Positions 1 through 9,906 of a DNA stretch of 64,000 bases are shown piece by piece. The DNA is from Eubacteriales bacterium (GTDB lineage Bacteria; Bacillota; Clostridia; Oscillospirales; CAG-272): assembly GCA_045653945.1 (NCBI GenBank), contig JAZOML010000003.1, positions 7,270 through 71,269 on the forward strand, read 5' to 3'. The translations under genes and the position numbers were made by a program. The notes under the pieces are model-generated. The model was not told where the DNA came from and did no database searches. It saw only the letters and a program-made list of their open reading frames with translations. Position 1 is the stretch's first letter; the number at the start of each line of letters is the position of its first letter.

Positions 1-1480
1 CTTTGGGAACGGACTCGGATACGGGCGGAGTATAAACGGGACGGAGCGGCTGAGCAGGTGCAGACTCCGTAACGCTTTCGTACTCATAGTCATCATCCTC
101 GGCTACGTCATCGACGTCCTCTTCCTCGACGTCCTCAACGTTATCATCATATACAGAGGTGTAGACTTGAGCCGCCTCGTCATTTGCCTCACCTTCGTCC
201 ACGTTATCCTCGGGAATTTCGTAATCCTCCGCGCTTTCAACGTGTACTGGGGGAACGGGTGCATAATTTTGCATCGTCGGAGCGCCTTCGGGCGCACGCT
301 CTCTTGTGCGCTCGGACTCATCATCTATACCCTGCGCCTGCTTTTGCATACGCTCCCAAACCTGCTCCGTTGCAGCATCGCCGACAGGCAAAGCCGCGCC
401 AACGTTATCACGTTTTGGCTCCTTCATACTGCGAACAGGATTTGTAAACGGAGAATACGCCTCAGCTTCTCCCGCATCATCGCCGTAAACGATAGGCTCG
501 GCGTTTTGCGCCGCCTTTGGCAGGGTAAAGGGCGAATATGCGTGGTCAAGATTAATCTTCGTGGGAGTCGGAGCAGGCTTTTCCTCGCTACTCTCTGAAT
601 ATATGTCGGTTTTTACCTGAGTCGGCTGATTTAAACCGAGCTTTTCCATAAGATTTTCGGGAACAAACGGCTTTGCCGTTTGCTCTTCCCTATCAAAATT
701 CACCGTTTCTATCGTGTGTCTGCCGTCGCTGACCGAAAACTCACCTGCTCCAATCTCGGTGGTGCTCACGCCGGCGGTAAGCTCCGGATAGGGTGTGGGC
801 TCGGAAGCTCCCAGCATGGTTTCAACTCTTGTCGGTGAAACGTCGGGTTGAGGCAGCGCAGGAGCGCGCCTTTCATTATCCTTTTTAACTTTAGTTTCTT
901 TTTTAGCATTTTTCTTAGGCGCAACAGGCTTTTCTGCAATATGAAAAACAGTTCTCCATATACCAAGCTTTGTTTTTCCAAGCGTCAGGGTGGCTACCAA
1001 AAGCATTGCTATAACACACACCACTGCCGCAAGCGTGGAAGATAGCATAACGGATAGCAAAATACCTATTGAGCCAAAAAGTCCACCGCTCTGTCCAAGC
1101 GTACCGTCTGTCCAGATTTTTGCAAACGTGGTGTCCGTCCCCGACTCGCCAAGCAGGGTAAGAAGCGATGAGCCGAGAACTGTAAGAGATGCGAGCATTA
1201 TGCATTTGTACCGGAGCGTACCCCTCTTTTCAAGGTCGGCAAAGAATATCGCAAGTACAGTAGCTCCAATAAAAAGAACGTGTGCGGAGTATCCAAAAAG
1301 TCCCAAAAATAGCGTCCGCATAGCTCCCGACGCCCCTGCATCGCCGCCAAGCACAAGACAGCTCTCAAGCACCAGAGAAACGGCGAAAATTATGAAGGGC
1401 GCGAGCGCTTTAAGTATAACCTTTACTGTGCTGTTTCCCTTATTTGTATTGCTGCTTCCCATTGCTTTTTTAGTTGCCAT
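1..1480 (-). CDS. ftsK: DNA translocase FtsK/SpoIIIE, N-terminal membrane domain plus acidic/Pro-rich linker (5' part only; gene runs off the left edge)
   Basis: Absent from the ORF track because there is no stop in the window. Manual reverse-strand translation from ATG at 1480 (MATKKAMGSSNTNKGNSTVKVILKALAPFIIFAVSLVLE...) stays open to position 1; codons 1-180 were checked one by one. Several hydrophobic helices are followed by a long low-complexity linker, as in FtsK N-termini. The motor domain is not visible. Confidence 0.65.
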   Translation of the reverse strand, partial: MATKKAMGSSNTNKGNSTVKVILKALAPFIIFAVSLVLESCLVLGGDAGASGAMRTLFLGLFGYSAHVLFIGATVLAIFFADLEKRGTLRYKCIMLASLTVLGSSLLTLLGESGTDTTFAKIWTDGTLGQSGGLFGSIGILLSVMLSSTLAAVVCVIAMLLVATLTLGKTKLGIWRTVFHIAEKPVAPKKNAKKETKVKKDNERRAPALPQPDVSPTRVETMLGASEPTPYPELTAGVSTTEIGAGEFSVSDGRHTIETVNFDREEQTAKPFVPENLMEKLGLNQPTQVKTDIYSESSEEKPAPTPTKINLDHAYSPFTLPKAAQNAEPIVYGDDAGEAEAYSPFTNPVRSMKEPKRDNVGAALPVGDAATEQVWERMQKQAQGIDDESERTRERAPEGAPTMQNYAPVPPVHVESAEDYEIPEDNVDEGEANDEAAQVYTSVYDDNVEDVEEEDVDDVAEDDDYEYESVTESAPAQPLRPVYTPPVSESVPK

Positions 1481-1644
1481 TTGTTTTCCCTGCCTTGTCC
1501 TTTCGTACTTCTTTAACATTTATAAAATTTAGTGGATAGTTATACAATTATACTATAACACATTTTTTATATAATTACAAGAGTTAATATTGTAAACATT
1601 TATTTGCATATTAAGAAAAATCGGGCGTTTTCGCCCGATTTTTG

Positions 1645-1782
1645 TCATTTTGAAGAATTACTTTTCGCTGTGCCGTTCTTAGCAGTGTTCATTTCGGATT
1701 TTTTATTTTCGGTCTGATTTACTACCTTGACGTTTGTTTTTTTGTTTTTTGCCTCGTTTTTTTGTTTGTTTTCGTTTGCCAT
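1645..1782 (-). CDS. small Lys/Asn-rich hypothetical protein (45 aa)
   Basis: Manual ORF MANENKQKNEAKNKKTNVKVVNQTENKKSEMNTAKNGTAKSNSSK. Strong RBS GGAAAGGAG lies upstream and a hairpin terminator at 1618-1645 follows. Too short for the ORF track. Confidence 0.3.
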   Translation of the reverse strand: MANENKQKNEAKNKKTNVKVVNQTENKKSEMNTAKNGTAKSNSSK

Positions 1783-1947
1783 CGCTTATCTCACTCCTTT
1801 CCGATAATATTTTCGTCTTTTTTGTAATTTTTTATACTTAATATCGGGAGATAGGTAAATTTTTTTTAAATTCAAGGGATACGTTATTGCAATTTTGATA
1901 GCTTAGATGTATAATCTAAATGTAAAACCAGCGAAAGGAGTAGCGCT

Positions 1948-2586
1948 TTGGACACCGAAAACAAGGATTTAAAAATCATTTTCGCCGAAAACCTCACGAA
2001 TTTGCGCACTGAGGCGAAAATGACACAGCTGGAGCTCGGCAATGCAATAAGTTATTCCGATAAGGCAATTTCAAAATGGGAACGCGCCGAAGCAATTCCA
2101 GATGCCTACGTGCTTATGGACCTTGCTAAAATATTCGGAGTTACGGTAGACTACCTGCTCCACGACCATAAGGGCAGAGCAAGAGCAAAGAAAATTAATT
2201 ACGCAAGCGTTATTATGCTTGCAATAATCGCCATTTACACAGTTTTTTCAATACCGTATATCACCATTTTTCTCACTGCGGGTATTAGTTATTGGATGTT
2301 TTTTATCTACGCCACCGTCGTTTCACTCGTCGTTTTAACTGTATTTAGCTTTGTGTGGGGAAAAACTCATCTCAGTATGATTATTATGTCGGCTATGGTG
2401 TCAAGTATTATCTTTATGATTTACTGTATTTTCCTGCCTTGGGGTAATTTCTGGCAAATACTTTGCCTCATTCCACCCGCAATTTTAATCGTAATCTGCT
2501 GCTTCAAAATAAAAATCGTTAAATTTTCATTTATTAAGCGATTATCAAAAAAAGATACCTCAAGCACCAAAAAAGAGGTAAACTAA
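1948..2586 (+). CDS. XRE-family HTH transcriptional regulator with C-terminal multi-pass membrane domain
   Basis: The N-terminus LRTEAKMTQLELGNAISYSDKAISKWERAEAIPDAYVLMDLAKIFGVTVDYLL is a classic HTH_3. Four or five hydrophobic helices follow. TTG start. Confidence 0.8.
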   Translation: MDTENKDLKIIFAENLTNLRTEAKMTQLELGNAISYSDKAISKWERAEAIPDAYVLMDLAKIFGVTVDYLLHDHKGRARAKKINYASVIMLAIIAIYTVFSIPYITIFLTAGISYWMFFIYATVVSLVVLTVFSFVWGKTHLSMIIMSAMVSSIIFMIYCIFLPWGNFWQILCLIPPAILIVICCFKIKIVKFSFIKRLSKKDTSSTKKEVN

Positions 2587-2605
2587 CCCCAAAAAACTAT
2601 AAAAC

Positions 2606-2640
2606 AAGGCAACTCTACGGCTTGTAGAGTTGCCTTTTCT
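2606..2640 (+). terminator. rho-independent terminator
   Basis: Hairpin aaggcaactctac-ggct-tgtagagttgcctt followed by a T-rich tract. Confidence 0.55.
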
Positions 2641-2801
2641 ATTTAGTAGAGTTGATACACCAACCAAGTAGAGCACCTTATCAAAACAGTAGGTTGTCTT
2701 TTTCCCCTCTGCCGTATATAATTAAAACGTAAAGCCGAGGGCGGTGAATAAAAGCCGCCAAAAAAGGCAAAAATAACCAAAAACCGAAAGGATTATTTAC
2801 T

Positions 2802-3689
2802 ATGAGTTACATTCTGAGCTGCTGCTCCACCGCCGATTTGACCAAGGAACACCTTGATTCAAGAAATATAAAGTACGCATACTTCCATTATTATCTTGAC
2901 GACGTTGAATACCCCGACGATATGGGACATACGATTGCCTTTGATAAATTCTATCAAATGATGGACGAGGGAGCAGACACACGCACCTCTCAAATAAACG
3001 CCGACGAATTCGTTACACTCTTTACTCCTTATTTAAAAGAAGGTAAGGATATCGTCCACGTAACCACCTCATCGGGAATTTCGGGCGTGTATAACTCCGC
3101 TATCATAGCAAGAGATATTTTAAAGGAAGAATTTCCCGAAAGAAACGTATATATCGTTGATAGCCTTGCGGCGTCCTCGGGCTACGGACTGCTTATGGAT
3201 AAGCTTGCAGACCTAAGGGATAGTGGTATGAGCGCCGCCGAGCTTGTCGCTTGGGCTGAGGAAAACAAAAAGAGAGTACAACACTGGTTCTTCTCCACCG
3301 ACCTGAAATTCTTCGTTAAAGGAGGACGTGTGTCAAGGGTTGCAGGCTTTGTAGGCTCTATACTTAAAATTTGTCCTCTTCTTAACGTATCTGACGAGGG
3401 TAAGCTCGTGCCCAAGGAAAAAATACGCTTAAAGAAAAACGCCATCCTTGCCGCCTTTGAAAAAATGAAGGAAAACGCAGAAAACGGCGCGGATTATGAC
3501 GGCAAATGCTACATCTCCAACTCCGCCTGCGAGGAGGACGCACGCGAGCTTGCCGCCCTTATCGAGGGCTACTTCCCCAAAATGAACGGCAAGGTCGAAA
3601 TTATGAGCATCGGCACTACTATCGGCAGTCATACAGGCCCCGGCACAGTTGCACTGTTCTTCTGGGCAGGCAACACCGACAGAGGCTAA
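2802..3689 (+). CDS. DegV-family fatty-acid-binding protein
   Basis: 295 aa. DegV-like pattern: TRTSQINADEF...VHVTTSSGISGVYNSA...VDSLAASSGYGLL...IGSHTGPG. Confidence 0.85.
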   Translation: MSYILSCCSTADLTKEHLDSRNIKYAYFHYYLDDVEYPDDMGHTIAFDKFYQMMDEGADTRTSQINADEFVTLFTPYLKEGKDIVHVTTSSGISGVYNSAIIARDILKEEFPERNVYIVDSLAASSGYGLLMDKLADLRDSGMSAAELVAWAEENKKRVQHWFFSTDLKFFVKGGRVSRVAGFVGSILKICPLLNVSDEGKLVPKEKIRLKKNAILAAFEKMKENAENGADYDGKCYISNSACEEDARELAALIEGYFPKMNGKVEIMSIGTTIGSHTGPGTVALFFWAGNTDRG

Positions 3690-3756
3690 GCTTTAATATT
3701 CATTGGCATAAGCAACAACCAATTTCCCCCTTTTATATTTATATAGGTAACACAAA

Positions 3757-4338
3757 ATGAGCAAAGAAAACAAAAATAAACTCGCAAAATTCATTCGCGC
3801 GATTGCTATACCGCCTACGTTTGTGGTAATTCTCGCAATTTCACTCTACCTTTTAAATCCATCGGCATTCAGACACGCAGGCGACCTACTCTTAACGGTA
3901 ACCTTTCTTGCACTTTTACCCGCACTTGCGTATCCGTTTGCTAAAATTATTCCTTCTTTTAAAATAAAAGGTAGAGCAGGCTCGCGCACACTCGCATTTT
4001 TAACGAGCACCGTAGGATATATCGGCGGCACACTCTACGCATTTTTAACTAACGCAACCGATGACCTTAAATTTATTTTCATCGGCTACCTCGTAGCTCT
4101 TGCCGCACTGACGGCTTTCAATAAAATCTTCAAGCTCAAAGCAAGCGGCCACGCCTGCGGCATTCTCGGACCACTGCTCTACGCCGTATATTTCTTTGGC
4201 CTTGGTTGGCTTATTCCCTGCGCCATAGTCGGCTGCGCCGTCGTATGGGCGTCTATCTACCGAGGCAGCCACACACCAAAGGAGCTGCTGCTCGGCGGTA
4301 TGTGCGCAATAGCAGGCTTTTGCATAGGACTCATATAA
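3757..4338 (+). CDS. integral membrane protein, possibly PAP2-like phosphatase
   Basis: Five or six TM helices. Weak PAP2-like motifs KIKGRAGSRT ... SGH ... YRGSHTPKE. Confidence 0.55.
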   Translation: MSKENKNKLAKFIRAIAIPPTFVVILAISLYLLNPSAFRHAGDLLLTVTFLALLPALAYPFAKIIPSFKIKGRAGSRTLAFLTSTVGYIGGTLYAFLTNATDDLKFIFIGYLVALAALTAFNKIFKLKASGHACGILGPLLYAVYFFGLGWLIPCAIVGCAVVWASIYRGSHTPKELLLGGMCAIAGFCIGLI

Positions 4339-4382
4339 CACCAAACTAAAAAGTAAAAAAATTGTGAATATTCAAAAACAAC

Positions 4383-4411
4383 TTGCATTTTATAAAATAA
4401 TATGATATAAT
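4383..4411 (+). promoter_or_regulatory. sigmaA-type promoter for rpsO
   Basis: TTGCAT - 17 nt - TATAAT, with TG at the extended -10 position. Confidence 0.5.
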
Positions 4412-4529
4412 TCAGTTCAAGCGACGAAAAGTAAAACTTCGCAGCTTATACCCTTGCTCAGTGTACGGACGGATTCACCTACCTGCACTTAGCTTTGGGA
4501 AGAAAATCTAAAGAAAGGTGATAAAAACA

Positions 4530-4793
4530 ATGATGAAAGACGTAAAGCAGTCAATTATCGAGGCTAACAAGACTCACGAGAACGACACAGGCTCGCCTGA
4601 GGTTCAAATCGCTCTCCTTACCTCGAGAATTCAAAACCTTACCGAGCATCTCAAGAAGAACGACAAGGACCACCACAGCCGTCGCGGACTTCTTAAAATG
4701 GTCGGCCAGCGTCGTAAGCTCCTTGCTTACCTTCAGAAGAAGGACATCGAGCGTTACCGCGCAATCATCGAAAAGCTCGGCATCAGAAAGTAA
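4530..4793 (+). CDS. rpsO: 30S ribosomal protein S15
   Basis: [71 protein letters not shown] at 4530 is preferred over the track GTG at 4518 because of RBS AAAGGTGA spacing. Conserved rpsO-pnp pairing. Confidence 0.92.
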   Translation: MMKDVKQSIIEANKTHENDTGSPEVQIALLTSRIQNLTEHLKKNDKDHHSRRGLLKMVGQRRKLLAYLQKKDIERYRAIIEKLGIRK

Positions 4794-4824
4794 TTTGGAC
4801 GCCCGCTCACAGATGTACCCAAAC

Positions 4825-4862
4825 GGGCAATTTCCGGTAACGGAAATTGCCCTATTCTTTTA
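4825..4862 (+). terminator. rho-independent terminator after rpsO
   Basis: gggcaatttccg-gtaa-cggaaattgccc followed by a T tract. Confidence 0.6.
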
Positions 4863-4924
4863 ATTAAAACGGAAAATAGGGAATATCTACTTTTATTCTG
4901 CCACTTCCAAGAGGTTGCACGAAG

Positions 4925-5032
4925 TATTCTTTTACACCGATAGACCGCAAGCGCAAAGCTTAAAGCTTAGAAAAAACAACGGGCCTATCGGTGTAAAAGA
5001 GTTCTTTGCGCCACTTTCTTGCAAGAAAGTGG
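4925..5032. repeat. intergenic mosaic repeat (hairpin-core family)
   Basis: Long inverted repeat cttttacaccgatag (4929-4943) / ctatcggtgtaaaag (4985-4999), then tail agagttctttgcg, then core hairpin ccactttcttgcaagaaagtgg (5011-5032). Confidence 0.8.
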
Positions 5033-5095
5033 TAAAAATAAAAGCTCGATTTTCCCCATTTACCGCTTAAATATAAAAAATGGAGGAATTTTAAA

Positions 5096-7282
5096 ATGTT
5101 TGAGAAATTCAGAAGCTTCGAGTATGAGCTCGCAGGCAAAAAGCTCGTTATCGAAACGGGCAAAATGGCAGGACTTGCAAACGGTGCTTGTCTTGTAAAG
5201 CTCGGCGAAACCAGCGTTCTTGCAACCGCAACCGCAAGTGCAAAGCCCCGCGACGGCATCGATTTTCTTCCCCTTTCGGTAGACTTCGACGCACGTCTTT
5301 ATGCAGCAGGTAAGATCCCCGGCTCTTTCAACAAGAGAGAGGGCAGACCGACTGAAAAGTCTATTCTTTCTTCAAGAGTTATTGATAGACCTATCCGTCC
5401 CCTTTTCCCCAAGGATCTCCGCAATGACGTTGCAATCAACCTTCTTATCCTTTCGGTAGAGCCCGACTGTGAGCCTGAGGTTGCAGCAATGATCGGTGCA
5501 TCTATTGCACTTTCTATTTCCGATATTCCGTGGAACGGACCTATCGCAGGTCTTCACGTAGGACTTGTTGACGGCGAAATCGTTCTCAACCCGAACTACG
5601 AGCAGAGAAAGGTAAGCGACCTTGAGCTTACCGTAGCAGGCTCTCTTGAAAAGGTCGTTATGATAGAGGCAGGCGCAAAGGAAGTTCCCGATGACGTTAT
5701 GTTCGACGCCATTATGAAGGCTCACGAGGAAATCAAGAAGCTTTGCGCATTTATCAACGGCATCGTTGCTGAAATCGGCAAGCCCAAATTCGATTACCCC
5801 TCTTGCGAGCTTGACCACGATATGTTCGATAAGGTTTTCGCATTTTGCGAGAAGGACCTTATGTTCGCTCTTGACACCGATGACAAAACCGTCCGTGATG
5901 CTCGTGTAGAGCCTATCAAGGACGCTATCGTTGAAAAGTTCAGCGAGGAATACCCCGAAATCGGTGCTATAATGGAAGAGCTTATCTACAAGCTCCAGAA
6001 GAAGATTGTTCGCCGTTGGCTGCTCGTTGACAAGAAGCGTGTTGACGGAAGAAGAATGGACCAAATCCGTCCCCTCGATGCTCAGGTTGAGCTTATCCCG
6101 AGAGTTCACGGAAGCGGTATGTTCACCAGAGGTCAGACTCAGGTTCTTACCATCTGTACGCTCGGCAGTCTTTCCGAGGCTCAGCTCCTTGACGATATAG
6201 ACGACCAAACCGAAAAGAGATATATCCACCACTACAATATGCCCGGCTTCTCCACAGGCGAGGCTAAGGCTGCTCGTACCCCCGGTAGACGTGAAATCGG
6301 TCACGGTGCTCTTGCTGAAAGATCACTTCTCCCCGTACTTCCCAGCCCCGAGGAGTTCCCCTACACCATCCGCTGTGTATCCGAGGTTATCTCCTCTAAC
6401 GGCTCTACCTCTCAGGCATCCGTTTGCGGCTCCACCCTTGCTCTTATGGACGCAGGCGTTCCGATAACTGCTCCCGTTGCAGGTATTTCCTGCGGACTTA
6501 TCACCGAGGAGGACGGCTCTTGGTCTACTATGATAGACATTCAGGGACTTGAGGACTTCTACGGCGATATGGACTTCAAGGTAGCAGGTACTCACAAGGG
6601 TATCACCTCTATTCAGATGGACCTCAAGATTGACGGTCTTACCCCCGAAATCATCAAAGAGGCTTTCGCAGTAACCCATAAGGGAAGAGATTACATCATC
6701 GACGAATATATCCTCAAGGCTATCCCCGGTCCTCGTTGCGAGGTTTCCAAGTACGCTCCCAAGATGACCACCTTCCAGATTGACCCCGACAAGATTCGTG
6801 AGGTTATCGGTAAGGGCGGTAGCGTAATTCAGAAGATTTGTGCAGACAGCGGCGCAAAGGTTGACATCAACGACGACGGTATCATTACTATCGCGGCAGT
6901 TAACGGCGAGAGCGCAGCTATTGCTAAGGCTATGATCGATGCTATCGTATTCGAGCCTGTTGTTGGCGAAATCTACGACGGTAAGGTTGTTAAAATCCTT
7001 GCAAGCAAGGATAAACCCACCGAGGACGTAGGCTGCTTCGTTGAATACGCCCCCGGCAAAGAGGGTATGGTTCACATCTCCAAGATTTGCGCAAAGAGAA
7101 TCAACAAGGTAACCGATGCAGGTATCGACGTTGGCTCCGAGGTTAAGGTTAAGTATCTTGGTCTTGACAAGAAGGGCCGTATGGATTTCTCTATCAAGGA
7201 CGCAACCGCTCCCGACACCTTAGTTCAGGAAGCCGAGGTTGAGGAAAAGCATTATAGCAGACCTCTCCGTAAGCCCGAGTAA
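5096..7282 (+). CDS. pnp: polyribonucleotide nucleotidyltransferase (PNPase)
   Basis: 728 aa. Two RNase PH domains, KH and S1 (GKGGSVIQKI..., GEIYDGKVVKI...). RBS GGAGG. Confidence 0.97.
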   Translation: MFEKFRSFEYELAGKKLVIETGKMAGLANGACLVKLGETSVLATATASAKPRDGIDFLPLSVDFDARLYAAGKIPGSFNKREGRPTEKSILSSRVIDRPIRPLFPKDLRNDVAINLLILSVEPDCEPEVAAMIGASIALSISDIPWNGPIAGLHVGLVDGEIVLNPNYEQRKVSDLELTVAGSLEKVVMIEAGAKEVPDDVMFDAIMKAHEEIKKLCAFINGIVAEIGKPKFDYPSCELDHDMFDKVFAFCEKDLMFALDTDDKTVRDARVEPIKDAIVEKFSEEYPEIGAIMEELIYKLQKKIVRRWLLVDKKRVDGRRMDQIRPLDAQVELIPRVHGSGMFTRGQTQVLTICTLGSLSEAQLLDDIDDQTEKRYIHHYNMPGFSTGEAKAARTPGRREIGHGALAERSLLPVLPSPEEFPYTIRCVSEVISSNGSTSQASVCGSTLALMDAGVPITAPVAGISCGLITEEDGSWSTMIDIQGLEDFYGDMDFKVAGTHKGITSIQMDLKIDGLTPEIIKEAFAVTHKGRDYIIDEYILKAIPGPRCEVSKYAPKMTTFQIDPDKIREVIGKGGSVIQKICADSGAKVDINDDGIITIAAVNGESAAIAKAMIDAIVFEPVVGEIYDGKVVKILASKDKPTEDVGCFVEYAPGKEGMVHISKICAKRINKVTDAGIDVGSEVKVKYLGLDKKGRMDFSIKDATAPDTLVQEAEVEEKHYSRPLRKPE

Positions 7283-7375
7283 GCAAGCGCCTACGGGCAA
7301 AAGGCGATGCGAGCTTTAGTGCGAACATATCAAACATCGCTAAGCCGGGTTCAGATTAAATATTAAACAAAAATT

Positions 7376-7404
7376 GACCGACCTTGATAGGTCGGTCTTT
7401 TTTT
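7376..7404 (+). terminator. rho-independent terminator after pnp
   Basis: gaccgacc-ttgata-ggtcggtc followed by ttttttt. Confidence 0.7.
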
Positions 7405-7520
7405 GGAAAACACCAAATTAAAATAAGTTTGTTTTTTCGTATATTATGTTCTTTTTTTATTATGGGTATAATAGTATAATAAATATAGAAATACCCATTT
7501 AATAAGGAGCATAGCACAAA

Positions 7521-8168
7521 ATGAAAATTTTTATTGATACTGCAAACGTAGATGAAATAAAGTCGGCGGCACGCCTTGGAATACTTTCGGGCGTAACCAC
7601 CAACCCCTCTCTTATCGCAAAGGAAGGCAAGAAATTCGAGGACGTTATAAAGGAAATCACCGAGATAGTTGACGGGCCTATCAGCGCCGAGGTCCTCTCG
7701 CCCATAGCCGAGGGTATGATTAGCGAGGCAAAGGAGCTTGCCAAAATTCACCCAAATATAGTTATAAAAATCCCCGTTTGCGCTGAGGGACTTGTGGCAG
7801 TCAAGGAGCTTTCGGCTCTTGGTATCAAGACCAACGTAACCCTTATTTTCAGTGCGGCGCAGGCGCTTCTCGCCGCAAAGGCAGGAGCAACCTACGTAAG
7901 CCCCTTTATCGGCAGACTTGACGATATTGCGGACAACGGCAGCGAGCTTATTGAGGATATTGCGGACATCTTCGCTATCCACGGCATTGAAACCGAGATA
8001 ATCGCGGCTTCAATAAGAGGACCGCAGGACGCTATCCGCGCAGCAAAGGCAGGCTCCCATATCTCCACTATTCCTTATAAAGTAATTTTGCAGATGATAA
8101 GCCACCCCTTGACCGATAAGGGCATCGAAAAATTCAACGCCGACTGGGCGCGTGGCACACGAGCTTAA
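7521..8168 (+). CDS. tal: transaldolase / fructose-6-phosphate aldolase family (short TalC/Fsa type)
   Basis: 215 aa. [14 protein letters not shown]...GVTTNPSL...IKIP...TNVTLIFS...[13 protein letters not shown]. Confidence 0.9.
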   Translation: MKIFIDTANVDEIKSAARLGILSGVTTNPSLIAKEGKKFEDVIKEITEIVDGPISAEVLSPIAEGMISEAKELAKIHPNIVIKIPVCAEGLVAVKELSALGIKTNVTLIFSAAQALLAAKAGATYVSPFIGRLDDIADNGSELIEDIADIFAIHGIETEIIAASIRGPQDAIRAAKAGSHISTIPYKVILQMISHPLTDKGIEKFNADWARGTRA

Positions 8169-8181
8169 ATGAACACAGCGA

Positions 8182-8248
8182 GTGCCACTCCGAATATTTC
8201 TCTTGGTTAAAACCAAGCTTTTGCTCAAGCAAAAGACGAAATACTCCT
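8182..8248 (+). repeat. family-B intergenic repeat
   Basis: gtgccactccgaatatttctcttggttaaaaccaagcttttgctcaagcaaaagacgaaatactcct. Two further copies lie at 20785-20934. Confidence 0.8.
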
Positions 8249-8428
8249 ATGGTTTATCGGATATTCGTAGTGCCTGCAGGGATAAGGCGGCACGAGCTTT
8301 GGGCGTTCAAATCGAATGCCGCTAATCAAGCTTTGTATAAGACTTGTTGCATAAAATCAAGAAAGGACGGCGAAAAGAAGGTAAGGAACAGCTTAAAACT
8401 TACTGCTCGGTTTTGGGTACGGTTGTTA

Positions 8429-8467
8429 AGAAGTTCTTTTGCTTTCTTTTCTTTCAAGAAAAGAAAG
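8429..8467 (+). repeat. hairpin-core repeat abutting the start codon
   Basis: Tail aagaagttcttttg plus hairpin ctttcttttctt-tc-aagaaaagaaag (8442-8467). Confidence 0.75.
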
Positions 8468-9699
8468 TGGTAAAAATACTAAATTTTGGTTCGTGTAATA
8501 TAGACTTGGTATATACACTTGATCATATCGCGGTTTCGGGTGAAACGGAAAGCACACTCTCTCTTCGTACCTACCCGGGCGGAAAGGGACTGAACCAATC
8601 CGTTGCGGCGGCAAAGGCTGGCGCAAAAATATACCACGCAGGTCTTGTCGGTCAAGACGGACAGGAGCTGCTTGATATTATGCAAAAAAACGGTGTTGAC
8701 ACAACCTTTGTCAAAACCGTAAACGAAAAAAGCGGACACGCAATAATTCAGGTAACCCCCGAGGGTGAAAACAGTATCATCACCTACTCGGGCGCAAACA
8801 GAAATTTCACTCAAAATTACATAGACGGGGTGCTTGAAAGCTTCGGAAAAAACGATATTTTGCTCCTGCAAAACGAAATCAACCTCGTTCCTTATATTGT
8901 AGATAAAGCACACGCAAAGGGTATGAGAATAGTCCTCAATCCCTCACCCGCAGACGATGATTTGAAAAAAATTGACTTCGGTAAGCTTACCTACCTTATT
9001 TTAAACGAGTTTGAGGCAAAGGGGCTTACAGGCACCTCGGACGCCGATGCAAGCATTATGTACCTTAGCAGACTCTACCCGAATTTAAAAATTATGCTCA
9101 CGCTCGGTTCAAAGGGCTGTGTTTACGCCGACGGAAGCGAGCGAATCTTCCACCCCGCATTTAAGGTTGACGTCATTGACAAAACGGCGGCAGGCACAAC
9201 CTTTGCAGGATATTTTATAGCCGCCATTTCCAAGGGCGAGACGGTTTACGATGCAATTCGCTTTGCTTCGGGAGCGGCAGCGCTGTCCGTTTCAAGAAAG
9301 GGCGCAGCCCCATCTATTCCAAGCGAAAGCGAGGTGCTTGACGCACTTAAATTTCTCCGCCCTACCAAAACGGATAGCGAGTCGGAAAACCAAGTTAAAC
9401 AAATTATCGGATATCTCGAAACTCATATCACCGATGCAAGACTTGACGAACTTGCATCACTTCTCGGATACTCCTCGGTCTACACAAGCGGACTCATCAA
9501 AAAGCTTATTGGCAAAACCTTCTCCGCGCTTTTGCAGGAAAAACGCTGTCATATCGCCATCAAGCTGCTTCGTGAAACCGATATGCCTATCGAGGAAATA
9601 ATCTTTGCGGTAGGCTACGAAAACGAAAGCTTTTTCCGCCGTATTTTCAGAGAAACCTACGGCATAAGCCCACTAAAATACCGTAAGAAAAACAGATAA
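8467..9699 (+). CDS. PfkB-family sugar kinase (ribokinase-like) fused to a C-terminal AraC-type HTH domain
   Basis: Kinase part VKILNFGSCNIDLVY...GGKGLNQSVAAAKAG...DKTAAGTTFAG. C-terminal part LLGYSSVYTSGLIKKLIGKTFSALLQEKR...IIFAVGYENESFFRRIFRETYGISPLKYR. The track start at 8344 reads through a repeat, so GTG at 8467 is chosen. Confidence 0.7.
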   Translation: MVKILNFGSCNIDLVYTLDHIAVSGETESTLSLRTYPGGKGLNQSVAAAKAGAKIYHAGLVGQDGQELLDIMQKNGVDTTFVKTVNEKSGHAIIQVTPEGENSIITYSGANRNFTQNYIDGVLESFGKNDILLLQNEINLVPYIVDKAHAKGMRIVLNPSPADDDLKKIDFGKLTYLILNEFEAKGLTGTSDADASIMYLSRLYPNLKIMLTLGSKGCVYADGSERIFHPAFKVDVIDKTAAGTTFAGYFIAAISKGETVYDAIRFASGAAALSVSRKGAAPSIPSESEVLDALKFLRPTKTDSESENQVKQIIGYLETHITDARLDELASLLGYSSVYTSGLIKKLIGKTFSALLQEKRCHIAIKLLRETDMPIEEIIFAVGYENESFFRRIFRETYGISPLKYRKKNR

Positions 9700-9702
9700 T
9701 TT

Positions 9703-9733
9703 AAAAACCGAGGCTTTAAAGCCTCGGTTTTTT
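9703..9733 (+). terminator. rho-independent terminator
   Basis: aaaaaccgaggc-ttta-aagcctcggtttttt, identical to the hairpin at 10155-10186. Confidence 0.7.
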
Positions 9734-9906
9734 ATTCTTTTTCATAAAGACCTGCCACAGCAAACTGCATCCCCTTGCGAAATCCGTCAATTTTACACAC
9801 CTCTATCTCAAACACACACTTGACATCTAGTAAATGTCATTATTCATATTATAACATAATATAATTAAAAATGTCAAGCACTAAATGTCAAAGAGAGGCT
9901 ACGTGT

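Noticed and set aside
167-1532. Plus-strand ORFs 167-598, 184-447, 990-1532 and minus-strand ORFs 103-324, 766-981, 915-1205
   Set aside because: All overlap the open minus-strand frame that encodes a convincing FtsK N-terminus. Their translations are low-complexity and lack motifs.
4415-4510. S15 autoregulatory leader structure upstream of rpsO
   Set aside because: A leader of about 100 nt exists between the promoter and the RBS, but I could not identify a convincing pseudoknot or three-way junction by eye.
5372-7075. Long antisense ORFs (310 and 250 aa) inside pnp
   Set aside because: They are shadow ORFs opposite a confidently identified PNPase gene. They have low-complexity composition, no RBS and no recognisable motifs.
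8344-8466. N-terminal extensions proposed by the ORF track (also 14724-14792, 16692-16748, 26873-27043 and 52825-52950)
   Set aside because: The extra codons read straight through the hairpin-core repeats, giving peptides such as FFSFKKRK and FLERKEGKRT. Internal starts with proper RBS spacing and family-typical N-termini exist.
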